The position numbers and the translations under genes were made by a program. From Candidatus Aeolococcus gillhamiae (GTDB lineage: Bacteria > Chloroflexota > Dormibacteria > Aeolococcales > Aeolococcaceae), in NCBI GenBank assembly GCA_003244045.1, contig QHBU01000256.1, forward strand, positions 9,892-73,891: DNA of 64,000 nt, read 5' to 3'. How positions within the stretch are numbered: position 1 is the stretch's first letter; each line of letters starts with the position of its first letter. The notes below the pieces were generated by a model, which did no database searches, was not told where the DNA came from, and worked only from the letters and a program-made list of their open reading frames with translations. Shown here piece after piece: positions 10,277-19,953 of this stretch.

Positions 10277-10819
10277 ATGATCGACGACGCGGCGCCTGCG
10301 GCCCACCACTCCGCTGTCGTGGCTGAGGTGAGACCGCCCGGCCGCCGCCGCCAGCTCACCGTCCTGCTCGGCACCGCCGTGGTGGTGTTCCTCGTCGATC
10401 ATGTGACCAAGTGGCTGGTGACCCAGAACATTGCGCTCGGCGACCAGGTGCCCGGCAGCGGGCCGATCACCATCCACCACATCGAGAACCGCGGCGCCGC
10501 GTTCGGGCTGTTCCCGCAGATGCAGTTCATTTTCCTGGCCGTCGCCGTCGCGGTGGCCGCCTATATCCTCGTCGCGGGGCGACGCTTCGGCCCCGGGGTG
10601 TTCCCGCAGGTGCTGCTCGGCATGGTTCTCGGCGGAGCGCTCGCCAACGCGGTGGACCGAGTCGTGCAGGGCTACGTCGTCGACTTCATCGACCTGCAGC
10701 GATGGCCGGTCTTCAACGTGGCTGACATGGCCATCGTTCTCGGCATTCTGGTCGGCGTCCTGACCCTGCGGATGGTGCCGGTGCCGGCGGTCCGCGGCGA
10801 CAGCGATCCCTCGACGTGA
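10277..10819 (+). CDS. lspA: Lipoprotein signal peptidase II
   Basis: DHVTK, NRGAAFG, GALANAVDR, VVDFI, FNVAD. Confidence 0.93.
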   Translation: MIDDAAPAAHHSAVVAEVRPPGRRRQLTVLLGTAVVVFLVDHVTKWLVTQNIALGDQVPGSGPITIHHIENRGAAFGLFPQMQFIFLAVAVAVAAYILVAGRRFGPGVFPQVLLGMVLGGALANAVDRVVQGYVVDFIDLQRWPVFNVADMAIVLGILVGVLTLRMVPVPAVRGDSDPST

Positions 10820-11718
10820 GCGGCGTGACCGAAGCGCAGCCAGCATCGGTGCGGCTCGATGTGCGCGTGATGCAGCAGGCGGGGGTGAGCCGCAGCGCGG
10901 CCCAATCGCTCATCGCCGGCGGCCACGTACGCGTCAACGAGGGACCGGCCAAGGCGGGACAGCGAGTTCGACCGGCCGACGAGGTGGTGGTGACCATCCC
11001 CGATGCGCCGCCGGCACCCACCGAGGCCCCCGGACCGGCGGTGCACCTTACGGTGGTCTACGAGGACGAGGCCCTGGCGGTGATTGACAAGCCCGCCGGC
11101 ATGGTGGTGCATCCTGCGCCCGGGCACGCAGCCGGCACGCTTGCCGACGGCCTCCGGCAACGCGGATCCACCTGGTCGCAACTGGGCGGCGAGCAGCGTC
11201 CCGGCATCGTCCACCGGCTTGACCGCGACACCAGCGGCCTGCTTGTCGTGGCCAAGTCGGAGGCAGCCCACCGCTCGCTGTCGCTGCAGCTGCAGCGGCG
11301 CACGCTGGGGCGCGTGTACTGGGCGCTGGTACACGGCTCGTTCCGTGAGGCGACCGGGCGCATCGACGCGCCCATCGGTCGTGACCCCGGCCACCGCCAG
11401 CGCATGGCGGTCGTCGACGAGGGGCGCGCGGCGGTCACCGACTTCGTGGTGATGGAGCGCATGCGTCGCTTCAGCCGCCTCGAGGTGCGCCTGCACACCG
11501 GTCGGACGCATCAGATCCGCGTTCACCTGGCGTCGATCAGCCACCCCATCGCCGGCGACCCGGTGTACGGACGGCGCGGCGACACGATCATCGATCGTCC
11601 CGCCCTGCACGCCCAGCGCATCAGCTTTATCCATCCGGTCAGCGGGGAGCAATGCGAGTTCGAGTCCGCGCCGCCTGACGACCTGCTCGCGGCGCTGGCC
11701 GAGGCGGAGCTCGCTTGA
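10816..11718 (+). CDS. rluD: RluA/RluD family 23S rRNA pseudouridine synthase
   Basis: S4 domain, DKPAGMVVHP, VHRLDRDTSGL, TGRTHQIRVH. Confidence 0.9.
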   Translation: MSGVTEAQPASVRLDVRVMQQAGVSRSAAQSLIAGGHVRVNEGPAKAGQRVRPADEVVVTIPDAPPAPTEAPGPAVHLTVVYEDEALAVIDKPAGMVVHPAPGHAAGTLADGLRQRGSTWSQLGGEQRPGIVHRLDRDTSGLLVVAKSEAAHRSLSLQLQRRTLGRVYWALVHGSFREATGRIDAPIGRDPGHRQRMAVVDEGRAAVTDFVVMERMRRFSRLEVRLHTGRTHQIRVHLASISHPIAGDPVYGRRGDTIIDRPALHAQRISFIHPVSGEQCEFESAPPDDLLAALAEAELA

Positions 11719-12314
11719 TGGCGCGTGCTCCGCGGGTTACCACCCAGCCGGGACGGCTGATCGTGCTGTCGGGACCGAGCGGGGTGGGTAAGGACACCGT
11801 GCTTCACGAGCTGCGCAAGCTCGACGCGTCACTGCGTTACAGCGTCTCCTACACCACTCGGGAACCGAGACTCGGCGAGGAGGACGGCGTGGCCTACTCG
11901 TTCATCGACGAGGACATCTTCCGAGCCATGGCGGAGCGCGGTGAGTTCCTGGAGTGGGCGGAGGTCCACGGAAACCGCTACGGGACCTCCGAGGCGCGCG
12001 TGAAAGCGGCGCTCGAGCGTGGTGAGGACATCGTGCTGAAGATCGACGTGCAAGGCGCCGCCTGGATCCGTCCCCGGGTTGACGGCGCGGTCTTCATCTT
12101 CCTTCTGCCCCCGTCTGAGGAGGAGCTGCGCCGTCGCCTGGTCGCGCGTGACACCGAGGACGAGGCATCGCTGGACCTGCGCTTCCGCAACGCCGTCGCG
12201 GAGCTTGCCGACGGGGCGGCGTACGATCACCGCGTGGTGAACGACGACGTGCGCCGGGCTGCCGGGGAGATCCTCGACATTGTGCGCCGCCGTCGTGCGG
12301 AGAGGCGAGCGTGA
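11718..12314 (+). CDS. gmk: Guanylate kinase
   Basis: SGPSGVGKDT, SYTTREPR, FLEWAEVHGNRYGT, IDVQGA. Confidence 0.95.
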   Translation: MARAPRVTTQPGRLIVLSGPSGVGKDTVLHELRKLDASLRYSVSYTTREPRLGEEDGVAYSFIDEDIFRAMAERGEFLEWAEVHGNRYGTSEARVKAALERGEDIVLKIDVQGAAWIRPRVDGAVFIFLLPPSEEELRRRLVARDTEDEASLDLRFRNAVAELADGAAYDHRVVNDDVRRAAGEILDIVRRRRAERRA

Positions 12315-12883
12315 CCCCCGCCTCCGCAGCGCCTCGACGGGTCGCGATCCATGTGTGCGGCAGCGTTGCCGCGTACAAGGCCTGCGCGGTGATCACCGCA
12401 CTGCGCAAGCAGGGATGTGAGGTGCGCGTGGCCATGACCAGGAGCGCGCGCCATTTCGTCACCGAGACGACGCTGCAGAGCCTCAGCGGGCACCCGGTGG
12501 CGCGCACCATCTGGCAGGGCGGGGACGCCGGCCACGGCATGGGCCACATCGACATCGGTGCCTGGGCGCAGACGCACGCGGTGGTCGCGGCCTCCGCGAA
12601 CCTGATGGCACGGCTGGCGCATGGGTTTGCGGACGATGCGGTCACCGCCGCCCTGCTCGCCACCCGCGCCCGGCTGATCGTCGCGCCGGCGATGGAGTCG
12701 GCCATGTGGGAGCACCCCGCAACGCAGGCCAACGTGGCCACGCTGCGAAGTCGCGGGGTCAGCTTTGTCGGGCCTGTGCGCGGACGGCTGGCGAGCGGGG
12801 CCGAGGGCGACGGACGGATGGCGGAGGTGGATGACGTGGTGGCCGCGGTTCTCAGCTCGCTTGGGGACGCGGCGCCCACCTGA
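12311..12883 (+). CDS. coaC: Phosphopantothenoylcysteine decarboxylase (CoaC half of coaBC)
   Basis: GSVAAYKA, APAMESAMW, GRLASGAEGDGRM flavoprotein motifs. Confidence 0.88.
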   Translation: MTPASAAPRRVAIHVCGSVAAYKACAVITALRKQGCEVRVAMTRSARHFVTETTLQSLSGHPVARTIWQGGDAGHGMGHIDIGAWAQTHAVVAASANLMARLAHGFADDAVTAALLATRARLIVAPAMESAMWEHPATQANVATLRSRGVSFVGPVRGRLASGAEGDGRMAEVDDVVAAVLSSLGDAAPT

Positions 12884-12901
12884 GGCGCTGAGCTGTCGCA
12901 G

Positions 12902-13567
12902 TTGTCTCGCACGGGCTCGTCGCGGCTCGCCGGCCGCATCGTCGTGGTCACAGCCGGGGGAACACGGGAACCGATCGACCCGGTTCGCTATCTCGGCAAC
13001 CGCAGCAGCGGCAAGATGGGCCACGCCATCGCGGTTGCGGCCGCGGACCGCGGCGCCCAGGTCAGGTTGATCACCACGGTCACGGCCCCGGACGACGAGC
13101 GCATCGCGACGGTGAAGGTGGACACGGCAGCTGAGATGAACACCGCCGTCCGCGCCGCGCTGCCCGGCGCAATGCTGCTGGTCATGGCCGCAGCGGTCGC
13201 CGACTACCGGGTGGCTGAGGTCGCTGCAAAAAAGATGAAGAAACGCGACGCTCTGACGCTCGACCTGGTCCCGACGGTCGACATCCTGCGCTCCCTCGCC
13301 GGCGACCCCTTGGGCGAATCCGTACTGGTGGTGGGCTTCGCCGCCGAGACCGACAACATCGAGGAGAACGCGGTGCGCAAGCTCGCTGAGAAACGCTTGG
13401 ACCTCGTCGTTCTCAACGACGTCTCGCGCGCGGACATCGGCTTGGGCAGCCACGACAATGAGGTTCGGGTTTTCGACTCCGGTGGCCTGGTCGCGCACCT
13501 TGAGAAGCGCGCCAAGCCATTGGTCGCCAGTGCGCTGCTCGACCTCATCGAGAAGCGCCTGAGCTGA
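12902..13567 (+). CDS. coaB: Phosphopantothenate--cysteine ligase (CoaB half of coaBC)
   Basis: TAGGTREPIDPVRYLGNRSSGKMG, AAAVADY, VGFAAET; same frame as coaC after one TGA. Confidence 0.88.
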   Translation: MSRTGSSRLAGRIVVVTAGGTREPIDPVRYLGNRSSGKMGHAIAVAAADRGAQVRLITTVTAPDDERIATVKVDTAAEMNTAVRAALPGAMLLVMAAAVADYRVAEVAAKKMKKRDALTLDLVPTVDILRSLAGDPLGESVLVVGFAAETDNIEENAVRKLAEKRLDLVVLNDVSRADIGLGSHDNEVRVFDSGGLVAHLEKRAKPLVASALLDLIEKRLS

Positions 13568-13568
13568 G

Positions 13569-14357
13569 TCAGTCCCGGTACCGGGCAGGCAACTCCGCCG
13601 CGCGGGTGGCTCCCATCACGGCTCCCAGGGAAGCGTCCAGATTGGCCAACATGCTCGGGTCATCGAGCCCGGGGACCGAGAGCACCACGCCCTCGTGGAG
13701 GTCGCGGAGGCTGGCGTGCACGATCGCCTCGGGTTCCATCCTCGGGGCCGAGCTCAGGTCCATTCCCTGCCGAGTGTGGAACTCGGTGCGCACGATGCCG
13801 GGGCAACACACCTGGACGCGGATGCCCTGGTCGCGCACTTCGCTGCTGAGGACCTGGCTGAAGGTGACAAGGAAGGATTTGGCAGCCGCGTAGACGGCGC
13901 GGGCCGGCATGAATGGACCGGTCCAGGTGCCGCTGAACGCGAGCAGTGACGAGATGTTGATGACTGCGCCGCTGCGCCGGGACTGCATGCCGGGAAGCAC
14001 CGCTCGGGCGAGTCGGACCGGGGCCAGGACGTCGAGGTTCACCAGGTCGAGGAGTGTCGGCACTGGGAGGTCGGTGAACGGCATGTACTCGCCCAGCCCT
14101 GCGTTGTTGACGAGCATCTCGACGGGAAGCTCGCTGACCCGATCGGCGAGGCGCTCGAGCTGATCGGGGCGAGAGAGGTCCGCTTCAGCCACGGTCACCG
14201 CAATCCGATGCTCCGAGCCCAGGCGCGCGGACAGCTGGTCGAGTCGATCCTTGCGCCGCGCCACGACGAGGAGGTCCCACCCGTCGGCGGCGAGAACCTC
14301 GGCGTAGGCGGCTCCGATCCCGGACGATGCGCCCGTCACCAGCGCGAGTCGACTCAT
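13569..14357 (-). CDS. Short-chain dehydrogenase/reductase
   Basis: TGASSGIG, NNAG, YAAAK. Confidence 0.9.
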   Translation of the reverse strand: MSRLALVTGASSGIGAAYAEVLAADGWDLLVVARRKDRLDQLSARLGSEHRIAVTVAEADLSRPDQLERLADRVSELPVEMLVNNAGLGEYMPFTDLPVPTLLDLVNLDVLAPVRLARAVLPGMQSRRSGAVINISSLLAFSGTWTGPFMPARAVYAAAKSFLVTFSQVLSSEVRDQGIRVQVCCPGIVRTEFHTRQGMDLSSAPRMEPEAIVHASLRDLHEGVVLSVPGLDDPSMLANLDASLGAVMGATRAAELPARYRD

Positions 14358-14440
14358 CTCACCTCCACCGGTCCGTCACGTGGAAGGGTAGGGCTTGCCG
14401 GCGCCGGCTGTCCCAACCGCTCGGCTGCCAGACTTCGCGC

Positions 14441-16498
14441 GTGACGGCGCACAGGATCGAGGCCACCACCGCAGCGCCCGCCGTGGCCACCGGCCCGGCT
14501 CACGTCGCCGTCACGCCGGACACTGGCGCGATCCTTCCCAAGGACACGTACACCTACGCGGTCCCCGACCACCTGGTCTCGCTCGCCGTCCCGGGCGCGC
14601 GGGTCATGGTGCCGTTCGGCTCGCGCGAGGTGCTCGGCTATGTCGTCGGGGTCGACGTCGCGCTGGCGGGCGTCGAGGTCAGGCAGGTCGCCGACGTCCT
14701 CGACGAGCCGCCCATCCTCGGCGCACCCGCCCTGCAGCTGGCGCGCTGGATCGCCGCGCGCTATTGCGCGCCGCTCGGTGAGGTGATCCGGGCGATGCTT
14801 CCGAAGGGGGTGCGGTCCGCCCGGCCGGGAGGTCGCAAGCGCGGACCGCGGACGACGTCGGCCGCGGTGGAGGCGACGCGTGCGCACGACGGCGCCGTCG
14901 CCGAGGCTGCGCTCCCCCTCACCTCCGCGCAGCAGGCCGCCGCCGCTCCATTGCTCGAGGCGGTCGCTGCGCGCAGCCATCGCCGCGTCCTCCTCCATGG
15001 CGTCACCGGGGCGGGCAAGACCGAGGTGTACCTGGTCGCCATCGCTGCGGCGCTGGCCGCCGGACGGCAGGCGATCGTCATGGTCCCGGAGATCGCGTTG
15101 ACGCCGCAGACGATCCGCCGCTTCGCCGCGCGCTTCCCCGGGCGGGTCGCCGTGCTCCATTCCGCGCTGACCGAGTCCGAGCGCGCGCGCGAGTGGCGCC
15201 GGCTGCGCGACGGCGAGCTCGACGTGGTGGTGGGTTCGCGCAGCGCGGTGTTCGCTCCTCTGCCGCGGCTCGGCATCATCGTCATCGACGAGGAAGACGC
15301 CTCGGCGTACAAGCAGGACCGCATCCCGCGCTACCACGCGGTCGACGTCGCCCTGGAGCGTGGCCGGCTCGAGGACGTCCCGGTCGTGCTCGGCAGCGCG
15401 ACGCCGCGCGTCGAGACCTACTACGCCGCCCACACCGGCGGATTCGAGCTTGTCCGGCTCGACGAACGCATCAGCGGCCGCCCGCTGCCGCCCATCGAGG
15501 TCGTCGACCTTCGTGAGGAGCTGCACGCCGGCAATCGCAGCCCACTCTCGCTCGACCTGGAGCGCGCCCTGCGCGAGTGTCACGATGGGGGAGGGCAATC
15601 CATCCTCTTCCTCAACCGGCGTGGCACCGCCACGGTGGTGGTGTGTCGCAACTGCGGCGAGGCGGTGACCTGCGACAGCTGCAGCGTCTCGCTCGTCTAC
15701 CACGCCGACAGGCGCCGCTGCGACTGTCACTATTGTGGCGCGTCGCGACCGCTTCCCGACATCTGTCCGAGCTGCGGCTCGACCGCCATCCGCGGACTCG
15801 GCATGGGCACGGAGCGGCTCGAGGTGGAGGTGCACGAGCGCTTTCCCACGCTGCGCCTGCTGCGCATGGACCGCGACACGACAGCCAGCCGCGACGCGTA
15901 CTTCACCATCTACGACCGCTTCGCAAACCACGAGGCTGACTGCCTGATCGGGACGCAGATGGTGGCTAAGGGCTGGGATCTCGGCAACGTCCGCCTTGTT
16001 GGCATAGTCAACGCCGATGTCTCCCTGCACTTCCCCGACTACCGCAGCGGCGAGACGACGTTCTCGCTTCTGACCCAGGTTGCCGGCCGCGCCGGCCGCG
16101 GCGACGAACCCGCTCGCGTCATCCTGCAGACGTATAGCCCGCAGCATTACGCGGTGCGTCATGCCGTCACCCACAACTACCTCTCCTTCGCGCGCGAGGA
16201 GATCCGCGTGCGTCGCGCACTGCGTTTTCCGCCGTACACGCGCTTGGTGGTGTGCACGGTCAACCATCGCGAGGATGCTCGCGCCGAGATCGAGGCACGG
16301 CGGGCTTTCGCGGAGGTGTCTGATAAACTCGGCGCCGGATCGGGCCTGGACGTCCTCGGGCCGACTCCCGCCTTTCTCCACCGCCTGCGCGGGGAATATC
16401 GCTGGCAGATCACGGTTCGAGGCGAGGCGATCGAGAGGGCCTTCCCGCACCTGCCGCACGGACGCGGCTGGAGCATCGACGTCGATCCCGGACCGTGA
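14441..16498 (+). CDS. priA: Primosomal protein N'
   Basis: HGVTGAGKTEVY, VPEIALTPQ, DEED, four CxxC pairs, GTQMVAKG, QVAGRAGR. Confidence 0.95.
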   Translation: MTAHRIEATTAAPAVATGPAHVAVTPDTGAILPKDTYTYAVPDHLVSLAVPGARVMVPFGSREVLGYVVGVDVALAGVEVRQVADVLDEPPILGAPALQLARWIAARYCAPLGEVIRAMLPKGVRSARPGGRKRGPRTTSAAVEATRAHDGAVAEAALPLTSAQQAAAAPLLEAVAARSHRRVLLHGVTGAGKTEVYLVAIAAALAAGRQAIVMVPEIALTPQTIRRFAARFPGRVAVLHSALTESERAREWRRLRDGELDVVVGSRSAVFAPLPRLGIIVIDEEDASAYKQDRIPRYHAVDVALERGRLEDVPVVLGSATPRVETYYAAHTGGFELVRLDERISGRPLPPIEVVDLREELHAGNRSPLSLDLERALRECHDGGGQSILFLNRRGTATVVVCRNCGEAVTCDSCSVSLVYHADRRRCDCHYCGASRPLPDICPSCGSTAIRGLGMGTERLEVEVHERFPTLRLLRMDRDTTASRDAYFTIYDRFANHEADCLIGTQMVAKGWDLGNVRLVGIVNADVSLHFPDYRSGETTFSLLTQVAGRAGRGDEPARVILQTYSPQHYAVRHAVTHNYLSFAREEIRVRRALRFPPYTRLVVCTVNHREDARAEIEARRAFAEVSDKLGAGSGLDVLGPTPAFLHRLRGEYRWQITVRGEAIERAFPHLPHGRGWSIDVDPGP

Positions 16499-16506
16499 GG
16501 TGAACC

Positions 16507-17019
16507 GTGGCAGTGCTCCCCATCGTCCTCGCCGCTGACGAGGACCCCATCCTGGTCACCAGGGCCAACCGGGTCCCGCGCGTCGACGACACGATTCGCA
16601 AGCTGATGGACGACATGGTCGAGACCATGATCGAGGCGCACGGCGCCGGCCTGGCGGCACCGCAGGTGGGCGTCCCCCTGCGCGTCATCGTGCTCAAGGT
16701 CGACAACCAGCTGTACCAGCTGGCCAACCCGGAGATGGTGCGCTGCGAGGGCGAGCAGACCGGCGTCGAGGGGTGCCTCTCCGTGCCCGGCCTGATCGGC
16801 GACGTCACCCGCTGTCAGCGCGTCGTCGCCAGGGGACTGAACCGCCACGGCAAGGAGATCCGCGTCAAGGGCGACGGCCTGCTCGCGCGAGCCATCCAGC
16901 ACGAGGTGGACCACCTTGATGGGATCCTATTCACCACCAAGGTGATCGAGGGCACGCTGCGCAGCTGGAACGCGGCGGACGTGGACGCCGAGGAGCTCGA
17001 GGGAGAGCTGGTCGGCTGA
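16507..17019 (+). CDS. def: Peptide deformylase
   Basis: GAGLAAPQVG, EGCLS, QHEVDHL. Confidence 0.97.
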   Translation: MAVLPIVLAADEDPILVTRANRVPRVDDTIRKLMDDMVETMIEAHGAGLAAPQVGVPLRVIVLKVDNQLYQLANPEMVRCEGEQTGVEGCLSVPGLIGDVTRCQRVVARGLNRHGKEIRVKGDGLLARAIQHEVDHLDGILFTTKVIEGTLRSWNAADVDAEELEGELVG

Positions 17020-17050
17020 CAGCGGCCGCGGCGGCCTCGCCGGCACTGTG

Positions 17051-17974
17051 ATGCGCATCGTCTTCTGTGGCACGGCTCACTTCGCGGTCCCTTCGCTCCG
17101 CGCCCTTGTGCCCGAGCACGAGGTCGTGGCAGTGGTCACGCAGCCGGATCGCAGCGGCTCGCGCGGACGCCCGGCGCCGCGCCCGGTTGGTGAGACGGCG
17201 GCGCGGCTCGGCCTGCCGATGCTGCGCCCCGAGCGCATCCGCGCGCCGGAGAGCGTGGCAGAGATCCTCAGCCTCGCGCCCGATGCGCTGGTTGTAGCCG
17301 CTTATGGCCAAATCATTCCGGCCTTGCTCCTCGATGCGTCGTTGCACGGCGGCGTCAACGTGCACGGCTCACTGCTGCCGCGCTGGCGAGGGGCGGCGCC
17401 GGTTGCGGCGGCGATCCTGGCCGGCGACACGCGCACCGGCGTGTCGATCATGCGCATGGACGCTGGCCTGGACACCGGCCCCGTCTACGCTACCAGCGAG
17501 ACGGAGATCGGCGCCGACCAGACGGCGCCGTCGCTGACCGGCAGGCTCGCCGACGCGGGCGCGCGCCTGCTCCTCGAGGTCCTCTCGGGCCTCGAGGACG
17601 GCAGCGTGGCGGCGGTGGCCCAGGACGACTCGCAGGCGACGTACGCGCCGCGGCTGCGTCGTGAGGACGGCAACCTCGAGTGGAGCTCGATCGGCGCAGT
17701 CGACCTCGACCGGCGAGTGCGGGCCCTGCAACCGTGGCCAGGGGTGACGGCGCCTCTCGGCGGGCAGCCGGTGCGCATCCTCGAAGGAGCTCCGGCCGGA
17801 TCCACGGATGCAACGGGGGCACCCGGCGAGGTGCTCGGGCTGAGCGGCGAGGCGGCCGACGTGGCCACCATGTCGGGGGTGTACCGGCTGGCCCGCGTGC
17901 AGCCTGCGGGCAGCCGTCCGATGACGGCGGCGGCGTACCTGCGCGGCCGTCGCGTGCAGCTGGCGCCGCGATGA
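17051..17974 (+). CDS. fmt: Methionyl-tRNA formyltransferase
   Basis: VTQPDR, AAYGQI, NVHGSLLPRWRGAAP, GLDTGP. Confidence 0.96.
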   Translation: MRIVFCGTAHFAVPSLRALVPEHEVVAVVTQPDRSGSRGRPAPRPVGETAARLGLPMLRPERIRAPESVAEILSLAPDALVVAAYGQIIPALLLDASLHGGVNVHGSLLPRWRGAAPVAAAILAGDTRTGVSIMRMDAGLDTGPVYATSETEIGADQTAPSLTGRLADAGARLLLEVLSGLEDGSVAAVAQDDSQATYAPRLRREDGNLEWSSIGAVDLDRRVRALQPWPGVTAPLGGQPVRILEGAPAGSTDATGAPGEVLGLSGEAADVATMSGVYRLARVQPAGSRPMTAAAYLRGRRVQLAPR

Positions 17975-18447
17975 CACGCGCAGCGACGACGGCCAACCCG
18001 GTCCTGGCGCGCAATCGCCAGGCGACCCACGAGTACTCCATCCTCGAGACGTTCGAGGCGGGGATCGAGCTGACCGGGACCGAGGTCAAGGCGTTGCGTG
18101 ATGGTCGCACCCAGCTTCGCGAAGGGTATGTGCGAGTGGAGAACGGAGAGGCGTGGCTGCTCGGTGTGAACATCGCGGAGTACGCGCAGGGAAACCGCCG
18201 CAACCACGACCCGCAACGCCGCCGCCGACTGCTCCTCCACAAGCGCGAGATCGAGTACCTCGGCGCCAAGGTCGCCCAGCAGGGTCTGACCCTGATCCCG
18301 CTGCGCATCTACCTCAAGGGCAACCGCATCAAGCTCGAGTTCGGCCTGGCCAAGGGCAAGAAGCTATGGGACAAGCGCCAGGCGATCGCCGAACGCGACG
18401 CCCGCCGGGACGCCGAACGCATCACCGCGCGAGCGCAGCGCCTCTGA
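17971..18447 (+). CDS. smpB: SsrA-binding protein
   Basis: NRQATHEY, EAGIELTGTEVKALR, RRLLLHKREI, GKKLWDKR. Confidence 0.96.
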   Translation: MTRAATTANPVLARNRQATHEYSILETFEAGIELTGTEVKALRDGRTQLREGYVRVENGEAWLLGVNIAEYAQGNRRNHDPQRRRRLLLHKREIEYLGAKVAQQGLTLIPLRIYLKGNRIKLEFGLAKGKKLWDKRQAIAERDARRDAERITARAQRL

Positions 18448-19735
18448 CCCCTGGGGACGCAGCAGCCGTGCGCAGCGCGCGGATCATCATCATCAGCAGC
18501 GCGGCGGCCAGCACCGCGGGCAGCGAGCACGCCTGAAGGAACAGCCACCAGGCCGGGCTGGTGGCGACGGCGCCGATGCTCGAAACGGTCAACGCGGCGA
18601 TCGCCGCCCCGCCGACGACCCCCACACCGACCAGCGCGGCGGTGCTCGAGCCCACCAGCGCCCGATCGGGGCGGCCGCGCCCACAAGCCAGGCCGAGCGC
18701 GGCGGCGATGGCGATCAGCAGGTGGACGTAGACGGGATACCAGGCGATGCTGCCCACGAGCAGCATCACGGTCACCCCGCACGCGAACTCCGCACCACGC
18801 TCCGCGCGCGTGCGCTGGCGGCTGCTCACCGCAAACCACAGCGCCGCGACTGTCAAGACTGAGAGCGCGGTGGCGAGGCCGTGCAGCCACATCGACGGTG
18901 CGTCGACTGTCAACACAGAGTGCTGCGCCAGGCGGTTGACCACGCCGTTCCACGTCTGGTTGTAGATCCAGCCGTTGTCGCGGTTGAGAACAGGCAGCAC
19001 CGAGGTGAGGTAGTGGCGGGTCAAGGGCCAACCCAAGGCACCGATGCCGATCGAGACCGTGGCTGCGCCCGTGGTAACCCCGGCCAGCGCGGCGCGCCAC
19101 CACCCGCGGCGCACCAGGACAAGCAGCAGCACCACCGGGGCGATCTTGATGCCGGCTGCGAGGCCGAGGATGACGGCACAGCGTGTGCGATGACCCGACA
19201 GGTAATCGGAGAGAGCCAGTGCGAGCAGCAGGAAGATGACGGTGTTCATCTGCCCATGCCAGAGGTTGTACGTGGCCGGCGGGAAGGTCAGCGCCACGAA
19301 CACGGCGATGCGGACGCGCGGCCACGTGGCCGGCAGCAGCGCTCGCGCGGTCATCACGGCGCCGCCCAGGAGCGCCCCGAGCGCGATCCAGAGCCAGACC
19401 AGCTCCTGCCCGCGCACCGACAGGAACGCCAGCGGGCGGAGCACCACCGCGGCGAACGGCGGGTAGTCGAACCCGGCCATGACGATGGGGGCGCCGCCAA
19501 ACGATGCATACGGGCTCGTGCCGGTAGCGACGGCGTGGGCGGCCCCTGAGTAGGCGCCGAAATCCTCGAACGGCCCGGGGAACGAACCGGCGAGTGGCAA
19601 GACGATGAACGTGTAGGCGCTACCGATCGCGGCAGCCACAGCGCCGACCGTGAGCAGCAGCTCGACAAGGGACCGCCAATCGCGGCTGGATCGCTTGGCT
19701 CGCGGCGCCGACCGCCGCCGGGTCATCACCGACAC
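18422..19735 (-). CDS. GT-C polytopic glycosyltransferase (GT87/DUF2029-like)
   Basis: DFGAY, FDYPPF, GQMN, GLAAGIK, NQTWNG; multiple TM helices. Confidence 0.8.
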   Translation of the reverse strand: MSVMTRRRSAPRAKRSSRDWRSLVELLLTVGAVAAAIGSAYTFIVLPLAGSFPGPFEDFGAYSGAAHAVATGTSPYASFGGAPIVMAGFDYPPFAAVVLRPLAFLSVRGQELVWLWIALGALLGGAVMTARALLPATWPRVRIAVFVALTFPPATYNLWHGQMNTVIFLLLALALSDYLSGHRTRCAVILGLAAGIKIAPVVLLLVLVRRGWWRAALAGVTTGAATVSIGIGALGWPLTRHYLTSVLPVLNRDNGWIYNQTWNGVVNRLAQHSVLTVDAPSMWLHGLATALSVLTVAALWFAVSSRQRTRAERGAEFACGVTVMLLVGSIAWYPVYVHLLIAIAAALGLACGRGRPDRALVGSSTAALVGVGVVGGAAIAALTVSSIGAVATSPAWWLFLQACSLPAVLAAALLMMMIRALRTAAASPGVRGAALAR

Positions 19736-19817
19736 GCCCGCAAGTGTCGGCGGTCGGTGGCCGTCGATTCCCGCGAGAGCTTGACCGTTACTCAGACGCG
19801 ACGGCGCCGACGGCGTG

Positions 19818-19938
19818 AGGAACTCGGGGTGGGCTGCATCGCTCCGGTCGCGATGCTCGCGGGCGCTTCGGAGCTAACTCGGCTTCGCCGAGTGGATCTC
19901 CTCGCTGCTGCGCACGATGCCGCCCACCCGGAGTTCTT
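19818..19938. repeat. Palindromic REP/MITE-like element
   Basis: 22-bp inverted arms 19820-19841 and 19915-19936 (2 mismatches) enclosing internal hairpins such as ACTCGGC-TTC-GCCGAGT. Confidence 0.55.
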
Positions 19939-19953
19939 GTCGAGACGGTGCCA

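Noticed and set aside
14327-14440. Longer priA start given by the ORF track
   Set aside because: Overlaps the divergent SDR start; GTG at 14441 is more plausible
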